Source: an uncultured Gammaproteobacteria bacterium
GTDB lineage: Bacteria > Pseudomonadota > Gammaproteobacteria > UBA9214
Length of the DNA stretch: 64,000 nt
NCBI GenBank assembly: GCA_963773065.1
Contig: CAVYZN010000009.1
Location: forward strand, 32,001-96,000
Reading direction: 5' to 3'
The notes below the pieces were generated by a model. That model had not been told where the DNA came from. It worked only from the letters and a program-made list of their open reading frames with translations, and made no database searches. Each line of letters opens with the position of its first letter. The first letter of the stretch is position 1. Below, piece by piece: positions 32,893 to 43,497 of the stretch. The position numbers and the translations under genes are program-made.

Positions 32893-34059
32893 ATGGAACG
32901 AGTACGCCACGCCCGAATTCCAGTACACCTCAATGCTGTCCTGATCGGCGAGAAAACGGTCCCAAAGGGATGCAAGGTGAGAAACGTCAGCAACCAGGGC
33001 ATGCTGCTGCAATGTGATGCGGATGGGCGGATCCTGACATTCAGGGACGGCGACCATGTTGATATCCATCTATTGTTTCAGCGACCCGATGGCACGAAGT
33101 ATCTGACCATATCGGCCATCGTCAGGCACGTGGCTTCAAACGGCATCGGTGTAGAGTTCCGCCAGCCTGATGCGGAAGTTGGTCAATCTGCTCGAGTCCT
33201 GTCGAGTCGACGAGGTAGTAGGGCTGGAAGCGACCATATCGCACCACCAGAAGCAAGCCGTGGATGCAGGTCGTCCTAAAGCCGTTGCGGCGGTTCCCGG
33301 TTCTGATTTTGCATCGGGTGCCGGTCAGGGGCAACTCTCGGTGTCTGTAAAAAATCACCGCTTGTACCAAATGGGGCTGATCTCCGTGGTCGCCGCTCTC
33401 GGCATCATCACCATTGGCTATCTTCGCACCTCTGATATGGGTACACGTGTGACGGCACTGGAAACGACTCACCCGTAGCCATAACAGTGAACTTGCCCTG
33501 ATCCAGTCCCGGCTCTCCGGCGCCGGCGACACGGACAACAACACCGCGTATCGCAACACACTGGGGCAGTCGACCGATGCTGCCACCGTGCCCGAGGCGG
33601 AGCCCGAATACACCGCAGTCACGCCGCAGCAACAGAATCTAGCCTGCCGTCGTCCTCACGACGGGTGAAGCAGAGACTTCCGTTACTGGAGAGGCTGGTG
33701 GTGCTATTGCGCCCGAGATATCCCACGAGGGAAATACCGTCGCTCCAGCCATTGCGAACCCTGCAAGGATGACCAGTCAGGATGATGCCTCATTGCAGGC
33801 AGCTATTCCTGGTGCCGGGAAACGTGGTTCCTGGGTGATCAACCTGCTGTCATCCCCGAACAAGGCCGATGCAGACCGGCTTGCAGTCAGGGCAAGAACA
33901 AACGACATTCCAGTCGAACAGAACAGGGTCAAGGTGAAAGACAGGGATTTCTGGCGTTTGCAGGTAACCGGTTTCGTGACGTCGGATCAAGCCGAGGACT
34001 ATGCTACCTCGGTAAAGGCAAAGCTCGGGGTGAAAGACGTGTGGATTTTTAAACCCTGA
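32893..34059 (+). CDS. PilZ - transmembrane - SPOR domain protein (frameshifted pieces)
   Basis: RVRHAR and NVSNQG PilZ motifs plus GIGVEF; TM segment GLISVVAALGIITIGYL; C-terminal WVINLLS...WRLQVTGF...LGVKDVWI (SPOR). The fusion is inferred across frameshifts. Confidence 0.65.
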
Positions 34060-34420
34060 GGGTAACTGCAAAGCTGTGGTTCTTGCGACGGGCTACCCCC
34101 GTATAATCCTCTGACATCTGTCTTTATTGTATTGAAAATATTCATGGTTGAGCACCAAGACACATAAAGAGGGCCATCCAACACCATGGGTCGTTATTGA
34201 CCCGATCACAGCCGTGCATCACACTCCGGTAAAGTCACACTGTCTCCCTGCAGCTTCAGATTACAGCATTCGTTTACGGCCACCGCCGTCCGAGCATGCG
34301 CAGGGGAACCGATCGTGGGATAGTGGGTAAAAACTGGTGTATGCGGGTGGAGGGTGCCGGAAGACGGGCAAGTTCATTTGCAGACCCAGGTTGGCAATAT
34401 ATCGCGGAATGGTGGAGAGT

Positions 34421-34858
34421 ATGGCGACATACAAGAATATTCTCGTGGCGGTGGATCTGTCTCCCGAGGCAAAAGCGGTGGTCGCCCGGGCGTGCGAACT
34501 CAAGGAACATTATGGATCCGCCCTGTATCTGATCCACGTCGTCGAGCCCATTGTCCTGGGCGGGGACTACGACCTGGTTCCGGTAATGCCTGTCGAGATC
34601 GAGGAGACTCTCCTGCAGCGTGCCAAAGGGTATCTAAAGTTACTCGCTGACGAGATGAACATCGCCGATGCGCGGCGGGTAGTTGAAGTGGGGTCCGTGA
34701 AACACGAAATCCTGCGCTTTGCCGACGCACAAGGCTGTGACCTGATTGTGATTGGCGCTCATGGCCGGCATGGTGTAGCCACCTTGCTCGGTTCCACCGC
34801 CAACGCCGTGCTCCATGGAACCAGGTGCGATGTGCTGTGTGTCCGGATAGGCGCATAG
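34421..34858 (+). CDS. universal stress protein UspA family
   Basis: YKNILVAVDLS, DLIVIGAHGRHG, LGSTANAVL. Confidence 0.93.
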   Translation: MATYKNILVAVDLSPEAKAVVARACELKEHYGSALYLIHVVEPIVLGGDYDLVPVMPVEIEETLLQRAKGYLKLLADEMNIADARRVVEVGSVKHEILRFADAQGCDLIVIGAHGRHGVATLLGSTANAVLHGTRCDVLCVRIGA

Positions 34859-35095
34859 CCGGTGCGACCGAGACATGCAACGCAGCTATATAAAAGGCTG
34901 GAGATTCGGTCTTTCATTTGTTAATGTTGCGCTTGCAACCATCCTTCGGATGCCGCCCTTGTCACACCTGCGATGCCTTCAACGGCCAGCTTTTCTGTAC
35001 ATGATATTGGTACGACCTTTGTTCAATAGACGTCAGCGGGTGTTCCTACAACAATACCTACAACGGTTAGGCGTGGTGAAAGAGGCCCGAACGAA

Positions 35096-35290
35096 ATGAA
35101 AGAGCGAAGAAAGCAGAAAGACAGGCGCGGCTATGGCAAGCCGAAGTCAGCGATCTGCGGCCATAGCCGCTTTCCGGATCGGCGGCTTAACAACATTTCG
35201 GTTGAATGGATACCCTTGGGACTGGTGCATTCCCATCCCCTGACACATCGTGTGTTTGAAATAACCCGCCGCGTGTTTACCAAATCCTGA
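35096..35290 (+). CDS. small basic hypothetical protein with ERR/DRR motifs
   Basis: MKERRKQKDRR...FPDRRLNNISVEW; GAGG upstream. Confidence 0.5.
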   Translation: MKERRKQKDRRGYGKPKSAICGHSRFPDRRLNNISVEWIPLGLVHSHPLTHRVFEITRRVFTKS

Positions 35291-35336
35291 GAATCCCTCA
35301 TCGGGTGAGGATAGGACCAAGGACGTCTATGTCCTG

Positions 35337-36011
35337 TTATTGCACAGTGCCTATCCCTGCTTCGCCGAGCGATTCAGATAGGTGTCTTTGCGCGCTCTTC
35401 GCATCCACCAGCACGGCGGTAAACGGATAGGATGCGGTGAGTGCGCTGATCAACTGGGTGGCGGCATTCACGAAAGCGTTCTCATCGGCAAAATCCAGAT
35501 ACTGGATCGACGCAGACACGGCCACGTTTGAACGGACCGCCACGGTGCGCAGCTCAGCGGGGATGGTTATCAGGTGGTCGCCCGGTACCGCATCCAGGGA
35601 CTGCAGCAACCTGGCGATATTGATGACGGCCGGCGTGTCGATTGTTCCGTTCGGCACCAGGTCAAGCGGGGATATTACCGCTTTCCCCTCGACCGCATCC
35701 CCCAGGCCTATGTCGCCGATGAAAAAACGAATAGTCTTGCCTTCCTCGTACTGAAACTCGCCCATGGCGCCGGTAACGCCTGAAACCGACCCCGACTCGT
35801 AGCGTACGCCCTGTACCGGCGCATCGATCAACTGGCCGTCATTGATGACGACGGCCAGGCCGGAGTTGTTGTTTTTCTTTGAATCGCAAGAATTGCTGCT
35901 CGATGAGTCGCAAGAATCGTTGCCCGAGGTGGCGATAAACACACATTGACTGCCCGTCAATGTCAGAATGGCGACCAGGGCGAGTATGAGCAGTGATTGT
36001 TTTGAAATCAT
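35337..36011 (-). CDS. secreted/lipoprotein-like hypothetical protein
   Basis: Hydrophobic leader with Cys, Ser/Asn linker, DAPVQGVRY...G.T...GEFQY..G..I.F.IGDI.LG and NIARLLQSLD motifs seen in marine gammaproteobacterial surface proteins. Confidence 0.65.
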   Translation of the reverse strand: MISKQSLLILALVAILTLTGSQCVFIATSGNDSCDSSSSNSCDSKKNNNSGLAVVINDGQLIDAPVQGVRYESGSVSGVTGAMGEFQYEEGKTIRFFIGDIGLGDAVEGKAVISPLDLVPNGTIDTPAVINIARLLQSLDAVPGDHLITIPAELRTVAVRSNVAVSASIQYLDFADENAFVNAATQLISALTASYPFTAVLVDAKSAQRHLSESLGEAGIGTVQ

Positions 36012-36432
36012 GGACGTTGTGGTTATCCCGGCTGTTCTTCGCAGCATAGCGTCACTCTTTCTGGGAAAGAAGGGTGTATACGCAATTTTAATCCATTATT
36101 CGGGTTACCGGGTGGTAGCTTCCGGAACCGCGTGGTCTCTCTATGTGATCTGCCATTATGCCCCCAAGCTCAGACAACCGGGATTTAACCAGTATGACAA
36201 CATATCAGGGTAGCCTGATAACGGGAATGGCACCGATAATGCTCGATATTGGCGGGCCAAATAACCAGGCAATTCCAACCGATGCAGGACGGGTGTTTCC
36301 GTCGGGGTGATACCAGAGTTGAGTCAAGAAAAGATGAGCACTGTTTGAAGTGGCATCAGTACGCGCGATGCGGCACCATGGCTGTTCGCGCATCAATTGA
36401 CACGAACCTTCCGCTCAACACAAGATTGTTGC

Positions 36433-37353
36433 ATGAGGGCAGAAGTCGATGAGGTCATCTCCCAGGTTGCCACCATCATCCTGGGCAAGCAGCACCAACT
36501 GCGCTTGGCGCTGGCCTGCCTGCTGGCCCGTGGTCATCTACTGATCGAGGATTTGCCCGGTGTGGGTAAAACGACCCTGGCGCACGCACTTGCCACGATA
36601 CTCGGCCTGCATTATCAGCGTATCCAGTTCACCAGCGACCTGCTGCCTGCCGACATACTCGGTGTTTCCATCTACAACCGCGACAGCGGCGGCTTCCAGT
36701 TTCATCCCGGCCCGGTTTTTTCACACATCGTGCTGGCCGATGAAATCAACCGCGCCACACCGAAGACCCAGAGCGCGCTGCTTGAGGCCATGGAGGAACA
36801 TCAGGTGACCGTGGAAGGGGAAACCCGCCAACTGCCCCAGCCGTTCTTCGTCATCGCCACGCAGAATCCGCTTTACCAGGTTGGCACCTTTCCGCTACCA
36901 GAATCACAGTTGGACCGCTTCCTGATGCGGATCGAACTCGGCTATCCCGATGCGCAGGCCGAGCGCATCCTGCTGCAGGGCGAGGACCGCCGCAAACTCC
37001 TTAAAGAGGTGACCACGGTGTTGTCCGCGGGCCGGCTGCTGGATCTGCAGTCGCGGGTCGATACGCTCCATGTCTCGGGTGCGCTGCTCGATTACCTGCA
37101 GGCGTTGCTTGGCTACAGCCGCCGTACGCCACATTACCAGAATGGACTGTCGCCACGCGCCGGTCTGGCCCTGTTGCACAGTGCCAGAGCCTGGGCTTTC
37201 CTGGAGGGCAGGGACATGGTTCTTCCTGAAGACTTGCAAGTCGTGCTGCCGGCCGTGATAGGGCATCGCCTGCAGCCCGCAACGGAACAAGCCGAAGCCC
37301 TGTCAGCGGCTGAACGCGTGCGCCTGTTTCTCGAATCGGTCCCTGTTCCATAA
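36433..37353 (+). CDS. MoxR-family AAA ATPase
   Basis: EDLPGVGKTT, RIQFTSDLLPAD, DEINRA, ATQNP, LPESQLDRF. Confidence 0.95.
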   Translation: MRAEVDEVISQVATIILGKQHQLRLALACLLARGHLLIEDLPGVGKTTLAHALATILGLHYQRIQFTSDLLPADILGVSIYNRDSGGFQFHPGPVFSHIVLADEINRATPKTQSALLEAMEEHQVTVEGETRQLPQPFFVIATQNPLYQVGTFPLPESQLDRFLMRIELGYPDAQAERILLQGEDRRKLLKEVTTVLSAGRLLDLQSRVDTLHVSGALLDYLQALLGYSRRTPHYQNGLSPRAGLALLHSARAWAFLEGRDMVLPEDLQVVLPAVIGHRLQPATEQAEALSAAERVRLFLESVPVP

Positions 37354-37454
37354 CAGGAAGCCTGGAAACATACCGCTTGCCGGAGTAACGGCGACAGGAA
37401 ACGACCATACGATAGACACGGCGTGTCGTGCGGACGAATCATCGGTGAGGTTTT

Positions 37455-38408
37455 ATGCAGTCGCTCACATTACGCCAACGCTTCAAGCTGGAGCGCTTTA
37501 CGCGGGGGCTCGGGCCGGAGTCCGGGCCGGTCAGCCTGGATCGTTCCCGTATCTTCATCCTGCCCACCGGCGCCGGGTTGATGTTCGCCTTCATGCTGCT
37601 GGTAATGCTGTTCGGTTCCATCAACTACAACAATAGCCTCGGACACATGTTTACCTTCCTGTTGGGCAGCATGGCGATGGTTTCCATTTTCCATACTTAC
37701 CGCAACCTGTCCATGCTGGGTTTTGCCGTCGGTAAGATCCGGCCGGTATTCGCCGGTGAACGCGCCGGCTATGAAATCCTGGTGAGCAATCCCGGTTTGT
37801 TCACGCGCCTGGCGATCCACCTGGAGTGCGCGCACCAGTCACCCGTCATCATGGATTTGGACAGACAGCAAACAATTCCTGCCACACTGTACCGTTATAC
37901 CGACCGGCGCGGCGTCCTGGCACTGGGTCGTTTCAAGGTATCGTCGTGTTATCCACTGGGCCTATTCAGGGCCTGGTCCCATCTGGAGCTGTACACGGAA
38001 TGCCTGGTCTATCCGCGTCCCGGGCCACGGCGTCTGTTGCCGCAAAGCATGGTCTACAGACCCAACCCATCCGGCGACAAGGGCAGGGGGGTGGATGATT
38101 TCGCGGGTTTTCGGCCCTACCGGCCCGGCGATTCACCGCGCCATATGTTCTGGAAAGCCGCGGCGCGTGATCAGGCCCTCCTCGTCAAGCAATTCGGCGG
38201 CGACCGCGCCGATGAGTTTTGGCTGGATTGGCATGATCTCGACGGCCTTGATACCGAGACCCGCCTGAGTCAGTTGTGCCGGTGGGTGCTCGATGCGGAC
38301 CATCGCCAGCAATGGTATGGATTGCGTCTGCCCGGCGTGGAAATCGCCATCGCTGGCGGCAATGCCCACAAGCAGCGCTGTCTGGAGGCGCTGGCGCGCT
38401 TTGAGTAA
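37455..38408 (+). CDS. DUF58 domain protein
   Basis: INYNNSLG, YPLGLFRAW, R.YRPGD..R...WK; lies between moxR and the transglutaminase gene. Confidence 0.9.
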   Translation: MQSLTLRQRFKLERFTRGLGPESGPVSLDRSRIFILPTGAGLMFAFMLLVMLFGSINYNNSLGHMFTFLLGSMAMVSIFHTYRNLSMLGFAVGKIRPVFAGERAGYEILVSNPGLFTRLAIHLECAHQSPVIMDLDRQQTIPATLYRYTDRRGVLALGRFKVSSCYPLGLFRAWSHLELYTECLVYPRPGPRRLLPQSMVYRPNPSGDKGRGVDDFAGFRPYRPGDSPRHMFWKAAARDQALLVKQFGGDRADEFWLDWHDLDGLDTETRLSQLCRWVLDADHRQQWYGLRLPGVEIAIAGGNAHKQRCLEALARFE

Positions 38409-40485
38409 TCCAATACGCAAATTGGAAGCGCCTTTGACTGACCGCGCGCAACGGTGGATGCTCGCCTCCCTGGGGCTGGTGATCCTGCCGCATGCCGGAC
38501 GCCTGCCGTGGTGGATCCCCATGTTCGTGTTCGGCATGGGTGTCGCGCATCTTCTGCTGCTGCGCCACCCCGGATGGAAGGTGCCGCGCCTGCTGATCCA
38601 CTCCGCCGCGCTCGTGGGCGCCGCCGGCGTGTTCCTGCAGTACGGCACTCTGCTGGGAAAGAATGCCGGCGTGGCGCTGCTCATCGTCATGCTGGCGCTG
38701 AAGCTGCTCGATCTGCGCCGGTTGCGGGATGTGGTGCTGGTGATCTTCCTGAGCTACTTTCTGGTCATTACCAATTTCCTGTTTACCCAGACGCCCTTCA
38801 TCGCCCTTTACATGTTTGTGACCACGGTGGCTATCACGACAGCCCTTGCGGTTGCCACGCAGGCCCATGCAGTACAACCGGCAGTCAGCGAGCTGCGATT
38901 CGCCGCTGTGCTGCTGGCGCAGGCCTTGCCGGTCATGCTGGTGCTGTTCGTCTTTTTCCCCCGCATCACCGGGCCAATCTGGGGTTTGCCGAAAGATGCG
39001 TATTCCGGGGTGACCGGGTTGAGTGACAGCATGAGCCCCGGCGCCATCAGCCACCTGGCGCAGTCGGAAGCCCCGGCGTTCCGGGTGGAGTTTTCCGGTC
39101 CCGCGCCGTCGCCGCAGCAGCGTTACTGGCGCGGGCCGGTGCTGTGGCATACCGATGGCCGAATCTGGTCGGCGGGCGGTTCTGCCGCACTGCTGCGGCC
39201 TGCGGAGACGGTCATGCAGCCTGAAGGGCATGCCGTGCACCAGTCGATCACACTGGAGGGGCAGAATACACGCTGGCTGGTCGGCCTGGATATGCCGGTG
39301 CACGTATCGGTGCCGGCGATCAACACGGCGGGCTCGCAGTGGCTTTCGAAGAGGACACTGCGCGAACGCACCCGCTATGAGGTGATCTCGTATCCCCGCT
39401 ACCGGACCGGATCCCTGGACACGCAACTGAGAGAAGCCGCCCTGCAGTTGCCCCCTAAGGTCAGTAGGCGGCTACAGTCGCTGGCGCGAAGCTGGCGCGA
39501 CAACGCAGCCACCGACCGTGAGGTGGTAGATCAGGCCCTCGACTATTTCCACACCGAGCCGTTTGTCTATACCCTGACACCGCCGTTGCTGGGAGGGGAC
39601 GCGGTGGATGAGTTCCTGTTTTCGTCGCGCCGGGGATTCTGCGAGCATTATGCTGCGGCTTTTGTCGTGCTGATGCGCAGCGCCGGTATACCCGCCCGCG
39701 TCGTCACCGGATACCAGGGTGGTGAGTATAACCCGGTGGGCGATTACTGGCTGATCCGTCAATCGGATGCCCATGCCTGGGCGGAAGTATGGTTGCCCGG
39801 CGCGGGCTGGGAGCGTGTCGATCCTACCGCGGCCGTGGCGCCTGAGCGCATCGAGTATGCTCCGGATCTGGGCACGCAGCCCGCGGGTGCGCCGGTGCGC
39901 TTTCAGATGGGTGAAGACAGCCTGCTGGCTCGCGGCTGGCGCCGGCTGCGCTACTCACTGGATACCGTCAATCACGGTTGGGACCAGTGGGTCCTGTCGT
40001 ACGGGCCGGAGCTGCAGCGGGGAGTGCTGACCGCACTTGGATTCAGCCGCCCCTCCTGGAAAAACATGACAATGGCGTTAGTGCTGTTGATCGGCGTTCT
40101 GCTGCTCGGCATCGCTGGTTGGATGCTGGTGAAAAGGCCCGCGCCGTCCGATCCGGTGCTGCGTGCCTACCGAAAATTCTGCGCGCGCGTCGCCCGCATC
40201 GGCATACAGCGTGAGCCCAGTGAAGGGCCTTGGGATTTCTCCCGCCGGATCATCGCGTCCCACCCGGAACTTGCCCGCGAGGTGAACCGAATTACAGAGT
40301 TGTTCATTCTGCTGCGTTATGGATGCCCGACTGACACCGTACACCGCATTGTCCTGCTGCAAAGACTGGTGCAACGCTTCCCGCAACGAAGATTGATTGT
40401 CCTTGTTAGGGTGGAAACAGGCTGTCCAAAGGATGGGGACCACTTCAGTCAAACCAGCATGCGGGGATCGGGACACTGCGAGTAA
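38401..40485 (+). CDS. TgpA-like transglutaminase (DUF3488 + TGase + DUF4129)
   Basis: N-terminal TM segments, GFCEHYA, ARVVTGYQGG, HAWAEV, DPT triad. Confidence 0.93.
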   Translation: MSNPIRKLEAPLTDRAQRWMLASLGLVILPHAGRLPWWIPMFVFGMGVAHLLLLRHPGWKVPRLLIHSAALVGAAGVFLQYGTLLGKNAGVALLIVMLALKLLDLRRLRDVVLVIFLSYFLVITNFLFTQTPFIALYMFVTTVAITTALAVATQAHAVQPAVSELRFAAVLLAQALPVMLVLFVFFPRITGPIWGLPKDAYSGVTGLSDSMSPGAISHLAQSEAPAFRVEFSGPAPSPQQRYWRGPVLWHTDGRIWSAGGSAALLRPAETVMQPEGHAVHQSITLEGQNTRWLVGLDMPVHVSVPAINTAGSQWLSKRTLRERTRYEVISYPRYRTGSLDTQLREAALQLPPKVSRRLQSLARSWRDNAATDREVVDQALDYFHTEPFVYTLTPPLLGGDAVDEFLFSSRRGFCEHYAAAFVVLMRSAGIPARVVTGYQGGEYNPVGDYWLIRQSDAHAWAEVWLPGAGWERVDPTAAVAPERIEYAPDLGTQPAGAPVRFQMGEDSLLARGWRRLRYSLDTVNHGWDQWVLSYGPELQRGVLTALGFSRPSWKNMTMALVLLIGVLLLGIAGWMLVKRPAPSDPVLRAYRKFCARVARIGIQREPSEGPWDFSRRIIASHPELAREVNRITELFILLRYGCPTDTVHRIVLLQRLVQRFPQRRLIVLVRVETGCPKDGDHFSQTSMRGSGHCE

Positions 40486-41046
40486 CCCATAAGGATTGAG
40501 ATGACCTGCAAGGTCGTTCAATCCATTGTTCAAGAAGCCCGGTGTTGCGCACAGTTCGGAGATACTGCGTTTGTCTTTCCAGAATCGAAGGTTGGATGTA
40601 CAATTATGGTCAATAATTTGACTAAACATGCGGTAGGGAATGGATACAGCCCAAATCTGGCAAAATTAAAGCACTGCTATGTTGTATTGAAACAACGAAA
40701 TGAAAATAAACACCTGCAGGCCAGTTAAATTCTAGGGCCAAGCTTAAATTCTGATCTATACTCGATTTTAAATGCCAACTCATCACTAAAACAGTCGGAT
40801 TTTTTTACATATAATACTGAGTTACTTTCAATATAATGTTTGATAATCTTACACGAACACATCATATTACTGAATATGAGTATTCAATAATCTTAATTTA
40901 TATATATATATTAATTATTGTATAATTATTCGACATGAAAAGTATTAATGTGGCGTAATAATGTGGTAGGCCAACAACCCAAATGAGGACATCAACGTGA
41001 CACATTCTGCAACTGACAGGAATACAAGGCAAAAGGAGTCAAGGAC

Positions 41047-41792
41047 GTGAAAAAAATAATATTGTTAATGACTCCAATCGTTGGACTATTGCTGGTATCG
41101 CTCGATGGATGCGCCACAAATAGCAAACAGGTACAACATGAGTCGCAAGACACATCAACGTCTGCCTTGGCCACGGGTGTAACTGGCACAGCCGAACACA
41201 TAGCTCCAACCGATTATCTCATTCAACCAGGCGATGGATTGTCAATCAAATTCTTCTACAACCCTGAGCTCAACGACGACGTTGTCGTACGTCCTGACGG
41301 CAAAATCTCATTACAACTGATAGATGAAGTCCAGGCCAGTGGCAAGACTCCATCGCAACTTGACCAGGAACTTACCCAACTCTATTCAGCCGAACTGAAA
41401 AAGCCGGCTATCACGGTGATCATGCGATCCTTTGGTGGCCAGCAGATATTCGTGGGAGGTGAAGTTGGAAAACCACAGGCGAGTCACGTTGACGCCTCAG
41501 ATGACGCCGTTACAGGCTGTGATGAATGCCGGTGGATTCCTGGATACAGCGGATCAGAATAATGTGATGGTAATCCGTGCCGGAGCAGATAACCAGGCTC
41601 AAACATATTCCATGAATCTCGAGCAGATAGCTGACGGTAATTCTACCCGACTTGAAATTCCAGTTGCATCCTGGCGATGTAGTATTTATCCCCAAGACCG
41701 GAATTGCCAAGGCAGATGTGTGGATGGACCAGCATATCCGCCGGTTTCTGTTGTTCAACGGGTTTAGCGCTGGCTATAACCTTAGACGATGA
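41047..41792 (+). CDS. polysaccharide export (Wza/OPX-like) lipoprotein, frameshifted
   Basis: Lipobox LDGC, YLIQPGD, VRPDGKISL, VGGEVGKP, LHPGDVVFIP. Confidence 0.88.
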
Positions 41793-41854
41793 GGATGCCT
41801 TCAGACTGTTAACGATTCATCTGTTCAAAAACAGATCCCTTTAAGGTTAAAGCG

Positions 41855-42697
41855 ATGGATAGCACTACAAACAACTATATGCGCTTGTCAACTCTTGCCC
41901 TGATTACGTCGCTTGCATTTTTTTACAATGTCGATTTTTTTCTTCCAGACATACCAGGGAGAACTAATTACCCTGTTATGTATTTGTTCGGTACTATTGC
42001 AGCAGCTTCTGCAGTGATATTCACGATATTCAGCAACTTTCCTATATATATTGCTTTTCCGTTCTGGGGTTTGACATATGTACTGACAATACCGCATTTC
42101 GCTGGCGGATATACGTTACATATTATGTTGTCTGCTACTACCCTGATTCATGCTGCAATGGTCGCAGGCTTGGCGACGTTGGCAAACTGGTATGTGCGGA
42201 AATTAGGTAGTTATCTACAGCAAGAGCATCAATCGGTTGATTATACAATTGCACCCCCTCTGCTCGAAGATGAGCTTAAGCACATCAAATATGAAATCAC
42301 ACGGGCGCGCAGATATAACCATCCGATGAGTGTAATTATGATACAGTCATTTTCCAAGTCTTACGGATCTATGGAGAAAGGATTGTTATCGCATACTCTC
42401 TCCAAAACGTTTCGTCGGACCGAACGTCTTTATGACATGGGCAAACAAGGACGGTTTCTGATCTTCTGCCCGGAGACCACGAACAGCAGTGCCGAGATGC
42501 TCGTCAACAGAATACGGATAATTGCGCATAGAGAACAAGAAATACACTTCAACTACGGTATAGCTACTTTCCCTGATCAGGAACTGACTTTTGAAGGACT
42601 CGTATTAAGGGCCAAGGAAAATCTGGGAACAGGAACCAGTAATAAATCTGCTGCGATCAAAACAATAAAAGACGGCAAACTCATGGCAAACAGATAG
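41855..42697 (+). CDS. membrane protein with degenerate GGDEF-like domain
   Basis: Several TM segments then EITRARRYNHPMSVI...FLIFCPET...GIATFPD; no GG(D/E)EF. Confidence 0.7.
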   Translation: MDSTTNNYMRLSTLALITSLAFFYNVDFFLPDIPGRTNYPVMYLFGTIAAASAVIFTIFSNFPIYIAFPFWGLTYVLTIPHFAGGYTLHIMLSATTLIHAAMVAGLATLANWYVRKLGSYLQQEHQSVDYTIAPPLLEDELKHIKYEITRARRYNHPMSVIMIQSFSKSYGSMEKGLLSHTLSKTFRRTERLYDMGKQGRFLIFCPETTNSSAEMLVNRIRIIAHREQEIHFNYGIATFPDQELTFEGLVLRAKENLGTGTSNKSAAIKTIKDGKLMANR

Positions 42698-42734
42698 CCG
42701 TCGCGGTTGGAAGCGAGCCGCATGGACAATTAGA

Positions 42735-43461
42735 ATGATCAATCAATACACAAACGACAAAATACAACGCACCGAAAACGTTGACACACGACTTATTGCC
42801 TCAAGGTCTTGCGAAGCCGAAAACTGGAAAGAATATGTAGTCAATAAGCGCTGTTTCCTACACGGGCGTACCTATCTAATCGCAAAGAGAATCATAGACG
42901 TATCTATTATTCTGATGGTTGCGCCAATCTGGCTACCCATCTTTCTTCTCTGCGCGCTGTTAATCAAACTTGATTCCCCCAAGGACCCGGTGTTTTTCAA
43001 GCAATATCGCACCGGAAAAAACGGTCGGCGATTTGCCATGCTTAAATACCGGACTATGGTTACTAACGCTGAAGAATTGAAGGCAAGCCTCGCACATCAG
43101 AACCTACTTCAGTGGCCGGATTTCAAAGTCGTCAATGATCCCCGCATCACGACGGATCGGGAAATATTTGCGGAAAAGCAGTCTCGATGAATTACCACAG
43201 CTATTAAACGTATTGCGTGGAGATATGTCGCTTGTAGGTCCACGGCCAACATCTTTCGCAGCAGGTACCTATGAACTCTGGCAAAGCGAACGGCTCGATG
43301 TAACTCCCGGAATAACCGGATTGTGGCAAATCCTTGGGCGCGGGAGGATGGAGTTTACCGACCGCGTGCGCCTCGATATCCTCTACATCGAGAATCGCTG
43401 CTTATGGCTTGATATGAAGCTTTTATTCAGAACGTTCTTATCCCTGAACAAGGGATTCTGA
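42735..43461 (+). CDS. priming sugar transferase (Bac_transf family), frameshift near 43155
   Basis: [47 protein letters not shown]. Confidence 0.92.
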
Positions 43462-43497
43462 ATCAATCACCCTGCATTTTCGCCGGGACTAGGTGAT

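Noticed and set aside
40895-40915. (TA)n microsatellite
   Set aside because: Short and within an AT-rich promoter region; expected by composition.
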